A program made the position numbers and the translations under genes. Below the pieces are notes generated by a model that made no database searches, was not told the origin of the DNA, and was given only the letters and a program-made list of their open reading frames with translations. 30,864 nt of DNA from a bacterium. Lineage in GTDB: Bacteria > Zhuqueibacterota > Zhuqueibacteria > Oceanimicrobiales > Oceanimicrobiaceae. Positions 1 to 7,994 of this stretch are shown here, piece after piece. Numbering within the stretch: the stretch's first letter is position 1; the number at the start of each line of letters is the position of its first letter. Location: NCBI GenBank assembly GCA_046757165.1, contig JBHHXT010000041.1:1-30864 (forward strand), written 5' to 3'.

Positions 1-28
1 AAATAGAAACTTCCCAACAAAAAGTCAA
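1..28 (-). promoter_or_regulatory. Possible sigma70 promoter firing out of the left edge
   Basis: Minus strand TTGACT (28-23), 17-nt spacer, then TATTT cut by the window edge. Confidence 0.35.
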
Positions 29-69
29 CCGGTTTTCCAGATTTCGCAGGCTGACGCAATCCCAACGCC

Positions 70-150
70 TAAGGAGTGAAATGCTTTAGCATTTCATGCA
101 ACGCCAAAGCGTTGCACTCCTATTTATTCCGTTAAGGTATTGCATAATCA
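70..150. repeat. REP-doublet/REPIN-like T-shaped palindromic element, copy 1
   Basis: 81 nt with 4 mismatches to 3636-3716. Outer stem AGGAGTG/CACTCCT encloses hairpins TGAAATGC-TTTA-GCATTTCA and TGCAACGC-CAAA-GCGTTGCA. Confidence 0.9.
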
Positions 151-246
151 AGCGATTATAGGAATATTTGCCAATCTCTGGTGAATAATCCAGGTCAAGA
201 AATCTGTACTACGAGGCGACAACATTGTGTTTTTTAGCAAAGTTCT

Positions 247-335
247 TTCGGTGACCTTCGGCGACGTCGGTGATTTTCGATGGTCTAATAAATAATTTCC
301 ACCGAACGACGCCGAAGTCACCGAAACTCACCGAA
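247..335. repeat. Inverted array of CACCGAA-type short repeats (4+4 units)
   Basis: TTCGGTG-type units at 247-283 and CCACCGAA-type units at 299-335 form an imperfect inverted repeat; same family as 5477-5583. Confidence 0.8.
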
Positions 336-476
336 TTTTGTTTGCGGCTTCGCTCCGCCTTGAAAATTTGTGATCCGCGTTCCATTTCTCGATAAAGTCG
401 TGCCCAAAAATGACTGAAATGGCAGGCCTGAAAGATTTGCTTGACCCTTTGCCGATTTTTCGATACTTTCGTTGTC

Positions 477-1583
477 ATGCCAGACGTTTATGTTCATGCC
501 TCATACCTGGCAGGGGCTATTTACGCAGCCATGGTTTTGTTTCTGCTGGCCGGTTTTCTGCGTTCAAGACCTCGCCTGAGCAACGGCGCCAGGCCAAAAG
601 TCTCGGTGGTCGTCCCGGCCAGAAACGAGGCGGCGAACTTGCAGAGCTGCTTGCAAGCCCTGGTTGCTCAAAGTTACCCCCGCGACCTGATCGAGATCGT
701 GGTCGTCAATGACCGCTCTCACGATGCCACCGGAGAGATCGCGCGCCGTTTCCAGGCACAACATTCGAACCTCTTCGCTGTGGAGGTCACGGAGACACCC
801 ACAGGCGTGAGTCCGAAAAAATATGCGCTTAGCCAGGGCATTGCGCGGGCCGGAGGGGAGCTTGTTTTTACCACAGATGCCGACTGCGCCCCGCCACGTG
901 AATGGTTGGCCCAAATGGTGCCCCTCTTCAGCGAGCGCGTCGGGTTGGTGATGGGAGCCGCACCTTTCCATGAACGACCACACTGGCTCGCTCGCCTTCT
1001 GGCTCTGGACAATCTGGCCAGCACGTTTGTGGCGGTGGGCGGATGTGGCTGGAACATCGGTGTCACCTGCACCGGCCGCAATCTGGCTTACCGCAAAGCC
1101 GTCTTTAACCAGGTGAACGGCTTCAGAGCGATCAACCACAGTCTCTCCGGAGACGATGACCTGTTCATGCAACTGGTGAAAAAGCGCACCGACTGGCGCA
1201 TCAGCTTCTCGCTCAGTCCGGAAACAGCGGTACCGAGTCCGTCCGCACGGACGGTGAAGGATTTTGTCCGGCAAAGACGGCGGCATGTGTCGGCGGGAAA
1301 GTACTATAGCAGGGGAGTGCAAGTCGCCTACCTGGTCTTTAACCTGGCCAACCTGACCTTGTTCGCGTTCTTGTTCGTCGCGCTTTTCACCGGCAGCCAG
1401 GTGCGACCCGCCCTTTCCTTGTTTCTGTCGAAAGTCGGCCTTGATTTCGTGGCACTCTTTTGCGTCGCGAAAAGATTGCGCAAAATGCACCTGCTGCTTC
1501 ACTTTCCTCTCTGGCAGATTTTTCACTTAATCAATCAGGTGGTGATTTCGCCACTGGGTTTCGTCGGGAGAATCAGGTGGTAA
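477..1583 (+). CDS. Membrane GT2 glycosyltransferase
   Basis: VSVVVPARNE, VVNDRS, TTDADC (DxD), SGDDDLF and QRRRH motifs; N- and C-terminal hydrophobic segments. Start placed at ATG 477 (ORF opens at 441). Confidence 0.88.
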   Translation: MPDVYVHASYLAGAIYAAMVLFLLAGFLRSRPRLSNGARPKVSVVVPARNEAANLQSCLQALVAQSYPRDLIEIVVVNDRSHDATGEIARRFQAQHSNLFAVEVTETPTGVSPKKYALSQGIARAGGELVFTTDADCAPPREWLAQMVPLFSERVGLVMGAAPFHERPHWLARLLALDNLASTFVAVGGCGWNIGVTCTGRNLAYRKAVFNQVNGFRAINHSLSGDDDLFMQLVKKRTDWRISFSLSPETAVPSPSARTVKDFVRQRRRHVSAGKYYSRGVQVAYLVFNLANLTLFAFLFVALFTGSQVRPALSLFLSKVGLDFVALFCVAKRLRKMHLLLHFPLWQIFHLINQVVISPLGFVGRIRW

Positions 1584-1641
1584 CGTTGGAGTGTAAGCAA
1601 ACCCCACACCGTTCCTTTGGTGAAAGGCTCACGGGCCAGGG

Positions 1642-2658
1642 ATGAAGGAGATTCCTCTAAGATACGTGCTCAAAACCATCACGCTCAGGCGTTTGCTGAA
1701 CGCCGTTCAGGCAATCGCCGCGTTTCTGCTTTCTGCGCTAACCAAACGGACGGTCCTCTGGGGAGAGCCTTTCATCCTCACGGTCGAGCCGACCAACTTG
1801 TGTAATCTCAAATGCCCGCTGTGTGTCACCGGCAACGGACGGATGCAGCGTCAGGCGGGACAGATGAGCTTCGAACTATTTCAGGAGATCGTCGACCGCG
1901 CCGGAGACAAGATCTTTTATTTGCTCATGTATCACCAGGGAGAACCATACCTTAACCGGGAGTTCCTGCGCTGCGTCGAGTATGCCAAACACAAGCGCAT
2001 TCTGGTGACAACCAGCACCAATGGCCACTACCTGACGCCTGAAGCCGCGCGCCAAACCGTCGCCTGCGGGCTGGATTCGATCATCATCTCCATCGATGGC
2101 GCGGACCAGCCAACTTACGGAACCTATCGCGTGGGCGGAGAGCTGGACAAAGTCCTGACAGGAGTGCGGAATCTCGTCGGCGAGAAGAAGCGGCAGAAAA
2201 GCAAAACGCCTGTCATCTATCTCCAATTTCTGGTGATGCAGCACAATGAACACCAGATCCCGGCGATGAGAAAGCTGACGGTTGAGCTTGGCGCAGACCA
2301 GTTCTTGATCAAGAAAGTCCAGGTCGAGAGTGCCGAGGAAGCAGCCAGGTGGCTGCCGTCGCAAGAATCGTTGCGCCGCTACGCGTGCACAGACGGAACG
2401 CTCAGGCCCAGGCGGAGCGGCCAGGGGGTCTGCCCCAGGCCATGGACCAGCACCCTCGTCAACTGGGACGGCTCAGTCGTGCCATGCTGCTTTGCCAAGA
2501 ACGGCGAGCATGTCATGGGCTCCTTTGCCGGCGATGGCAAAACCCGTCAAATCTGGAAATCAGGAGACTATGCCACATTCCGTGAGAGAATGCTTACGAA
2601 TCGAGACGGCATCGCTATCTGCGCGAACTGCTCGCAGGGACTCGAGCTTTATCTTTAG
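1642..2658 (+). CDS. Radical SAM protein with C-terminal twitch/SPASM Fe-S domain
   Basis: EPTNLCNLKCPLC (CxxxCxxC), QGEP, STNG, SIDG; C-terminal CPRPW...DGSVVPCC...CANC; AGGAG/GGGA-rich start region. Confidence 0.92.
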   Translation: MKEIPLRYVLKTITLRRLLNAVQAIAAFLLSALTKRTVLWGEPFILTVEPTNLCNLKCPLCVTGNGRMQRQAGQMSFELFQEIVDRAGDKIFYLLMYHQGEPYLNREFLRCVEYAKHKRILVTTSTNGHYLTPEAARQTVACGLDSIIISIDGADQPTYGTYRVGGELDKVLTGVRNLVGEKKRQKSKTPVIYLQFLVMQHNEHQIPAMRKLTVELGADQFLIKKVQVESAEEAARWLPSQESLRRYACTDGTLRPRRSGQGVCPRPWTSTLVNWDGSVVPCCFAKNGEHVMGSFAGDGKTRQIWKSGDYATFRERMLTNRDGIAICANCSQGLELYL

Positions 2659-3541
2659 GTCGAGGCTCATCTTTCTCGGCAAGATCGCAGCCTCAAGCAT
2701 CTTGCTGTTTCTGCTGCTGCGAAGTGTACCGCCGGCGCAGATTGCGGTTGTTTTGACGAGCGCCCCTTCTCCGTTCCTGCTTGCAGCGTTTGCCCTGACC
2801 GTCCCCAATCTGCTCGTGCAGGTGTGGAAATGGCACTATATTCTACGACTGGCCCATCGCGACATTTCGCTCGGGACGGCTTACACCTCCCTGATCGTTG
2901 GTTTTCCGCTCGGCTTTGTGACCCCGGGCAGACTTGGCGAAATCGGCCGTGCGTTTTACGTCAAAAACGTGAGCCCCGTCAAAACGTTCAAGCTGGTCAT
3001 TTTCGATAAGGTCTCCAACCTCGCCGTTACGGTGCTCGCGGGTGCCACCGGGTTGCTGGCCTTTGATGAGCTACATTTGGCTTTGCCTGCAAAATCCGTT
3101 TTGCTCGCTGGCCTGCTCATTATCTCGGCTCTGGTGCTGCACGCTTCGGTCCTTTCCCCGCAGCTCCGCATCAAGCTGGGGCGGCTGCTCCGGATTCAGG
3201 ATTTGGGCAAAAGGAACATGGCCATGGTCTTGGCTTTTTCACTTCTTTTCTATGGTGTCTATTTGATGCAATTTCTTTTGCTCGTCCGACATTTTGGTGC
3301 AACGAGCTTGTGGGCCGCGGCAGGGGCCGCGACCGTGGTGTTCCTGAGCAAATCGCTGTTACCGATTGGCTTCGCTGATCTCGGTGTGCGCGAAGGAGCG
3401 GCTGTGTTTTTCCTGGGTCAGATCGGCGTGACAGCGGCAGCGAGCTTTAACGCAGCTTTTTGTCTATTTATCTTCAACGTCGCCTGCCCGACTTTGCTCG
3501 GGTTGCCGATTTTGCTTCGAACAAAACGCGAACTTTGCTGA
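2642..3541 (+). CDS. Lysylphosphatidylglycerol synthase TM / UPF0104 flippase-like membrane protein (start uncertain)
   Basis: Multiple TM helices, WKWHYIL, TPGRLGEIGR, FDK and PIGFADLGVREG motifs. Homologous part starts near 2650 but lacks a nearby canonical start codon (in-frame ATG 2570, GTG 2582, TTG 2702). Confidence 0.8.
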   Translation, partial: SSFIFRSRLIFLGKIAASSILLFLLLRSVPPAQIAVVLTSAPSPFLLAAFALTVPNLLVQVWKWHYILRLAHRDISLGTAYTSLIVGFPLGFVTPGRLGEIGRAFYVKNVSPVKTFKLVIFDKVSNLAVTVLAGATGLLAFDELHLALPAKSVLLAGLLIISALVLHASVLSPQLRIKLGRLLRIQDLGKRNMAMVLAFSLLFYGVYLMQFLLLVRHFGATSLWAAAGAATVVFLSKSLLPIGFADLGVREGAAVFFLGQIGVTAAASFNAAFCLFIFNVACPTLLGLPILLRTKRELC

Positions 3542-3635
3542 CTCTGAAAACAAAGATAACGCGCTTGAGAAAAAATAGCGACAATTTGTTGTAGCCTGGA
3601 CAATTCATGAATTTCTCACAGCAAGGGCCAAAACG

Positions 3636-3716
3636 TAAGGAGTGAAATGCTTTAGCATTTCATGCAACGCTAAAGCGTTGCACTCCTCTTTATCCCGTTA
3701 AGTTATTGCATAATCA
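3636..3716. repeat. REP-doublet/REPIN-like T-shaped palindromic element, copy 2
   Basis: Direct repeat of 70-150; AGGAGTGAAATGCTTTAGCATTTCA followed by TGCAACGCTAAAGCGTTGCACTCCT. Confidence 0.9.
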
Positions 3717-3731
3717 TGTCAGAAATAATAA

Positions 3732-4325
3732 ATGCCTGGAATAATTCGACGAATGCCGGATGACCACGTCTACTTGACATTCGACGATGGTCCATCTGCA
3801 CCCGCCACCCCTGAGCTGCTACAGTTCTTGAGGAGATTTGAGATCAAGGCCACCTTCTTTGTGCGCGGTCAGCAAGCCGAAAAGCACCCGGAGATCGTGG
3901 CGCGAGCATATGAACAAGGCCACACCATCGGCAATCACTCTTACAGCCACCCTCACATGGTGTGCAAGCGAGGTTCGTTCCTTTATCAGGAAGTGATGCG
4001 AACAGATAACATCATCGAGACGATCACGGGCAGCCGGCCAACCCTCTTCCGGCCGCCGTTCGGGAGATTTGCTTTCGGCTTGATAATGACGCTTCGCAGA
4101 ACTGGCCACGAGATTGTTCTCTGGAGCGCTTCGGGGGCAGATTACAAATCCGGCGCAAATCCAGCAAGCATCCATGAAAGACTGATCCACAAACATCGCC
4201 CTGGAGAGATTATTTTGCTGCATGACAGCCACGAATGTGGGCCGAAGACGTTGAAAGCGCTCGACCGTCTGGTCCGGGAGTTTGTGAAGAAAGGGGTCAC
4301 ATTCGCCCCGCTGCCTGTCCAATGA
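3732..4325 (+). CDS. NodB-type polysaccharide deacetylase (CE4)
   Basis: LTFDDGP, ATFF, GNHSYSH, FRPPFG and ILLHD motifs. Confidence 0.93.
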   Translation: MPGIIRRMPDDHVYLTFDDGPSAPATPELLQFLRRFEIKATFFVRGQQAEKHPEIVARAYEQGHTIGNHSYSHPHMVCKRGSFLYQEVMRTDNIIETITGSRPTLFRPPFGRFAFGLIMTLRRTGHEIVLWSASGADYKSGANPASIHERLIHKHRPGEIILLHDSHECGPKTLKALDRLVREFVKKGVTFAPLPVQ

Positions 4326-5473
4326 TGCTCATCCTGACAGTTCTTTTGTTTGCCCTCGTGCTGAGCTACTCTGCCGCTCTTCTCGTCTTGCGCGCCGGGC
4401 TGCAGAATCTCGCACGGCCAACAAACCACTGGCAGCCGACTGTGTCCGTGGTTGTTGCCGCAAGGAATGAAGCCGACCACATCGCCGCCTGTTTACACCA
4501 TCTGAGACGACAGGATTACCCCGGGCACCTGTTAGAAATCATCGTTGTTGACGACCGCTCCGAGGACCGGACGGCAGAGATTGTGCGTAACCTTGCGCTC
4601 GCGAACCCTGCCATCCATCTGGTGCAGATTCACGACCTGTCCCCGGCGCTGGCCCCAAAAAAGCGCGCGATCGACGCAGGCATCCGGCGCGCCACCGGCG
4701 AAATCATCCTCAGCACCGACGCTGATTGCAGACCTGGCCCGCGCTGGATGTCACACATGGTGCAATACTTCGAGCCGAAGGTGGGAATGGTGGCGGGATA
4801 CAATCCCTACCAAACCGGGCCGGGCGCGTCCACCTTCCAGAAGATGCTCATGCTGGATTATTTTTCCATGGCGTGCGTCGCTGCCGCCAGCGCCGGACTC
4901 GGCTTCCCAATCAGTTGCACCGGCGGCAACCTCGCCTACCGCAGGGCGCTCTACCTGCAAACCGGAGGGTTCACACGCTTCGGCAGCTGGATTTCCGGCG
5001 ACGACGACCTGTTCCTCGAGCACATCCGCGAGACCACGCCCTGGAAAATCCGCTACGCAGCCACGCCGGAAACCTTCGTCCCGACCGCACCGCCCGCAAG
5101 CGTGCGGGAGTTTGTGCACCAGCGAATCCGGTACGCCTCAAAGGGTCGACGCTATGCCTGGAGGGTCGTGGCAGGCCTTCTGGTGGTGTATGTCATGAAT
5201 TTCCTCATCGCCACCGGGATGGTGTTTTCCTGCTTCGCGCCACAAACCTGGGGGGTCTTCCTTCTGGCGCTGGTCGCAAAAAGCGTGTCGGAATGTGCCC
5301 TGCTGCTCAGAGGAAAAAATATCTTGCACACGAAGTTTTCAGCAGCTACCTTTGTTCTTACAGCCCTGTCTCATCCGTTCTATATCGCTCTGGCAGGATT
5401 GGCCGGCCAGGTCATGACTTTCCGCTGGAAAGGTCAAACCTGCGGTGGGAAGGGCATCATAGACCAGGTCTAA
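4322..5473 (+). CDS. Membrane GT2 glycosyltransferase
   Basis: ATGA overlap with the deacetylase stop; VSVVVAARNE, VVDDRS, STDADC, SGDDDLF and QRIRY motifs; TM segments. Confidence 0.9.
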   Translation: MMLILTVLLFALVLSYSAALLVLRAGLQNLARPTNHWQPTVSVVVAARNEADHIAACLHHLRRQDYPGHLLEIIVVDDRSEDRTAEIVRNLALANPAIHLVQIHDLSPALAPKKRAIDAGIRRATGEIILSTDADCRPGPRWMSHMVQYFEPKVGMVAGYNPYQTGPGASTFQKMLMLDYFSMACVAAASAGLGFPISCTGGNLAYRRALYLQTGGFTRFGSWISGDDDLFLEHIRETTPWKIRYAATPETFVPTAPPASVREFVHQRIRYASKGRRYAWRVVAGLLVVYVMNFLIATGMVFSCFAPQTWGVFLLALVAKSVSECALLLRGKNILHTKFSAATFVLTALSHPFYIALAGLAGQVMTFRWKGQTCGGKGIIDQV

Positions 5474-5476
5474 GAT

Positions 5477-5583
5477 CCACCGAACTTCACTGAAAGCACC
5501 GAACCCCACCGAGGGATTCCGTTCGAATAAATGAACCCAAAAAAATTCGGTGACTCTCGGAGCCTTCGGCGAAACTTCGGTGG
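5477..5583. repeat. Inverted array of CACCGAA-type short repeats
   Basis: Arm 5477-5513 (CCACCGAAC..CACCGAG) and arm 5546-5583 (TTCGGTG..TTCGGTGG) are imperfect reverse complements; begins 4 nt after a stop codon. Confidence 0.8.
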
Positions 5584-5675
5584 CTGTCTGGGCTGATTTT
5601 GACAGAGGGAATTTATTTCGCGTGGGAACGGTATTTATCAGTACATCTCTAAATTGGCTAAAAGGAGGCATGGGC

Positions 5676-6563
5676 ATGAGAATTCTGCTGATGTTGTTGC
5701 TGCTCTTTGGCGTCACTCTCCTCTCGTGTACCAGCAATCCCTTCTCTGACGACGAGATCTCTGCCCCGCCACAAACGGTCAAAGGCAGGGTCACGCTGGC
5801 GGCTGACGACTCCCCTGCAGGCGCATTCATCTGGCTGGAAGAGTTCAACATCAGTACCAGAACAGACGATGAAGGTAGATTTTCCCTGACCTTGCCGCGC
5901 CCTGCCGCACAAGGAACGGGGAGCAGCATCAGTGGCGTGTTCAGTCTCTACGCTTATATCGCCAATTACAAGTTGGCCGTGCGAGACATGGTGGTGCGGG
6001 AAGGTCAGTTTGTTTTTTCACCAAACGAGCTAAACACCGATGGAGAGCTTGCCCAAGAAATCCAGTTGAGCAGGCTACTTACCATCCACACAGATGTGGT
6101 AGCGGTTCCTTTCGATTCCGACCCCTCATCCTTTCTCTTGAGAGTGGCGGTCACTTTACAATCACCGGGGGCGACCGTCCCTGTCTACTACCCAAGAGCA
6201 GCGGGGGGAGTCGGCTCGCCTGTCTACATGAGGAATTTGCAGAGCCATGAGGTCTCAATCATCGCCACGACCATCGCCGGAATCGCCAGGGACAGCCTGG
6301 AGGTGGACTCGATGGCTCAGACTCGGCAAATGGTCGCGTTGTTGAGCTGCGCGGACTTTCCGGCCGGCAGGTACGAGATCATTCCTTACCTCCTGGTGGT
6401 CAACCCGGAAGTGCCACGGCAGTTGATTCAAAGTATCGCAGCAGATGCGGAGATGCTCGGTTTGACCTACTTGGAACTCCCATTCGCGCGCCAGGGCGGA
6501 CTGGTTGAAATCAAGGAGTCAGTCGTCTGCCGGGATGATGGCTCGCCCTCATCCCGGCAATGA
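5676..6563 (+). CDS. Lipoprotein of unknown function (carboxypeptidase-regulatory-like beta-sandwich N-terminus)
   Basis: AGGAGG 7 nt before ATG 5676; signal MRILLMLLLLFGVTLLSC with lipobox; VKGRV...TRTDDEGRFSL pattern. Confidence 0.75.
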   Translation: MRILLMLLLLFGVTLLSCTSNPFSDDEISAPPQTVKGRVTLAADDSPAGAFIWLEEFNISTRTDDEGRFSLTLPRPAAQGTGSSISGVFSLYAYIANYKLAVRDMVVREGQFVFSPNELNTDGELAQEIQLSRLLTIHTDVVAVPFDSDPSSFLLRVAVTLQSPGATVPVYYPRAAGGVGSPVYMRNLQSHEVSIIATTIAGIARDSLEVDSMAQTRQMVALLSCADFPAGRYEIIPYLLVVNPEVPRQLIQSIAADAEMLGLTYLELPFARQGGLVEIKESVVCRDDGSPSSRQ

Positions 6564-6593
6564 ACCCGTCATCAAGATTGACCGGCGGGTTCA
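6561..6593 (+). terminator. Stem-loop at the lipoprotein stop (no U-tract)
   Basis: TGAACCCGTC...GGCGGGTTCA stem with inner TCAA/TTGA pairing. Confidence 0.4.
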
Positions 6594-6629
6594 GCTCAAC
6601 CCAACAACCGTTCACGCCAAGAAAATTGA

Positions 6630-6658
6630 TTGCAATTTGATCCATAATTCTTTATCCT
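6630..6658 (+). promoter_or_regulatory. Putative sigma70 promoter for the third GT2 gene
   Basis: TTGCAA-N17-TATCCT. Confidence 0.4.
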
Positions 6659-6720
6659 AAGCCGGACAAGCCGGAACCAAAAAGGTTTTTCCTAAATTGA
6701 GCGGTTCCTGACCGGGCGGC

Positions 6721-6777
6721 GGTGTTCAAGCTTCAGCTTGCTGGGGGAAAGGGGAAACACGCTAAAGCGTGAACACC
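6721..6777. repeat. REP doublet (two inverted 20-nt hairpin units)
   Basis: GGTGTTCAAGCTTCAGCTTG (6721-6740) and CACGCTAAAGCGTGAACACC (6758-6777) are inverted copies, each self-complementary. Confidence 0.8.
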
Positions 6778-6830
6778 CTCATTCTGAACACCTGAACCCA
6801 TTGAAAATCATTTGGATAAAGAGCCCATTC

Positions 6831-7994
6831 GTGCAAGACGTTTTCTTCCTCCTTTTTGCTGCCAGCATCGCGCTTTATCTGTTGCAGACCGTTCTCATCT
6901 ACGTTGGAACGCACCGCCTGGTCTACCCACGGAGCCAGACACTGCCGTCAATCTCAATCCTGGTTGCACTCAGAAACGAGGAGCGCACGGTTGCAGCCTG
7001 TGTCAATTCCCTGCTCGACCTGGATTACCCACCCGAGCGGCTGGAGATCTGGCTCATCAACGACCGCTCCCGTGACCGCACCGCGGAAATTATCGAAGCC
7101 CTGAAAGAGAAATCGCCTCTCATCCAAACGCTCCACCTCAAACATACGATTTCAGGATTGTCTGGCAAGGCAAACGCCATTGCCCAGGCCATGGAACTGT
7201 GCACCGGGGAGCTCATTCTGGTCACCGACGGCGACTGCCGGGTGCCGCGCGGCTGGGCGCGCGGCCATGCCGCCTACTACACAGACGAGGTCGGGCTGGT
7301 CGGTGGGTTCACACTCTTGGATGAAAAACACGATGACACACCCCTGCTCGGCAAAATACAATCGCTCGACTGGGCCTATCTGCTCTCCATCGGCGCTGGC
7401 GCCATGGGGTTTGGCAGGCCCCTGAGCGTGCTCGGCAACAACTTCTCCTTCCGCCGGCAGGCGTACAAGCAGCTCGGCGGCTATCGCAACATGGGCTTTA
7501 CCATCATCGAAGACTTTGCATTGATGAAAACGTTGCTCAAGAAAACCAGTTGGAAAGTACTCTACCCCATCGACCGTAAGATGTTGGTTTACAGCCACCC
7601 GATGCCAGACCTGGCACAATTCTACCAGCAGAGAAAACGGTGGTCAGCAGGCGGCAAGGAAGTCGGTGGATACGGCAAATTCTTGATGCTCATCTCGACG
7701 CTGGTGCATCTGGCCGTGCCGGCGGCGTTCTTTGTGCTCAATCACCCGGGCTGGGCATTTCTGGGAGGGATGGCGGTCCTGGGCATGGACTTCACATTGT
7801 TGCTTCGGACGACAGGGCTGGTCGACCGACGCGACCTGCTGAAATACTTTCCCGCCTGGGAAGGCTTCTATTTCCTTTACACGCTTTTCTTCGCCCCGGT
7901 TCTTTTGTTTCCCACCACCGTCGTCTGGAAACAGGTCGCCTATTCGTGGACATGCGATTGGCGGCTTAAACGGATGGTCGAACCCGCGGAGTGA
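6831..7994 (+). CDS. Membrane GT2 glycosyltransferase
   Basis: ISILVALRNE, INDRS, GKANA, VTDGDC, IIEDF and QRKRW motifs. Start likely GTG 6831, since the upstream ORF extension runs through the REP element. Confidence 0.88.
   Translation: MQDVFFLLFAASIALYLLQTVLIYVGTHRLVYPRSQTLPSISILVALRNEERTVAACVNSLLDLDYPPERLEIWLINDRSRDRTAEIIEALKEKSPLIQTLHLKHTISGLSGKANAIAQAMELCTGELILVTDGDCRVPRGWARGHAAYYTDEVGLVGGFTLLDEKHDDTPLLGKIQSLDWAYLLSIGAGAMGFGRPLSVLGNNFSFRRQAYKQLGGYRNMGFTIIEDFALMKTLLKKTSWKVLYPIDRKMLVYSHPMPDLAQFYQQRKRWSAGGKEVGGYGKFLMLISTLVHLAVPAAFFVLNHPGWAFLGGMAVLGMDFTLLLRTTGLVDRRDLLKYFPAWEGFYFLYTLFFAPVLLFPTTVVWKQVAYSWTCDWRLKRMVEPAE

Noticed and set aside
247..335. CRISPR-like repeated units
   Set aside because: Units are about 7 nt with 2-4 nt linkers, with no spacer-length unique sequences and no cas genes
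564..1526. 320-aa antisense ORF (also 14965-15849, 22595-23485, 29166-30026)
   Set aside because: Shadow ORFs opposite well-supported genes in GC-rich DNA, with no recognisable motifs
2330..2640. Long N-terminal extension of the UPF0104 ORF
   Set aside because: Overlaps the radical SAM twitch domain in another frame and has a non-protein-like composition
5550..5675. Upstream extension of the lipoprotein ORF
   Set aside because: Runs through a repeat element; RBS and signal peptide indicate a start at 5676
6661..6690. GCCGGACAAGCCGGAACCAAAAAGG as a possible MITE end
   Set aside because: No matching inverted partner found in the window
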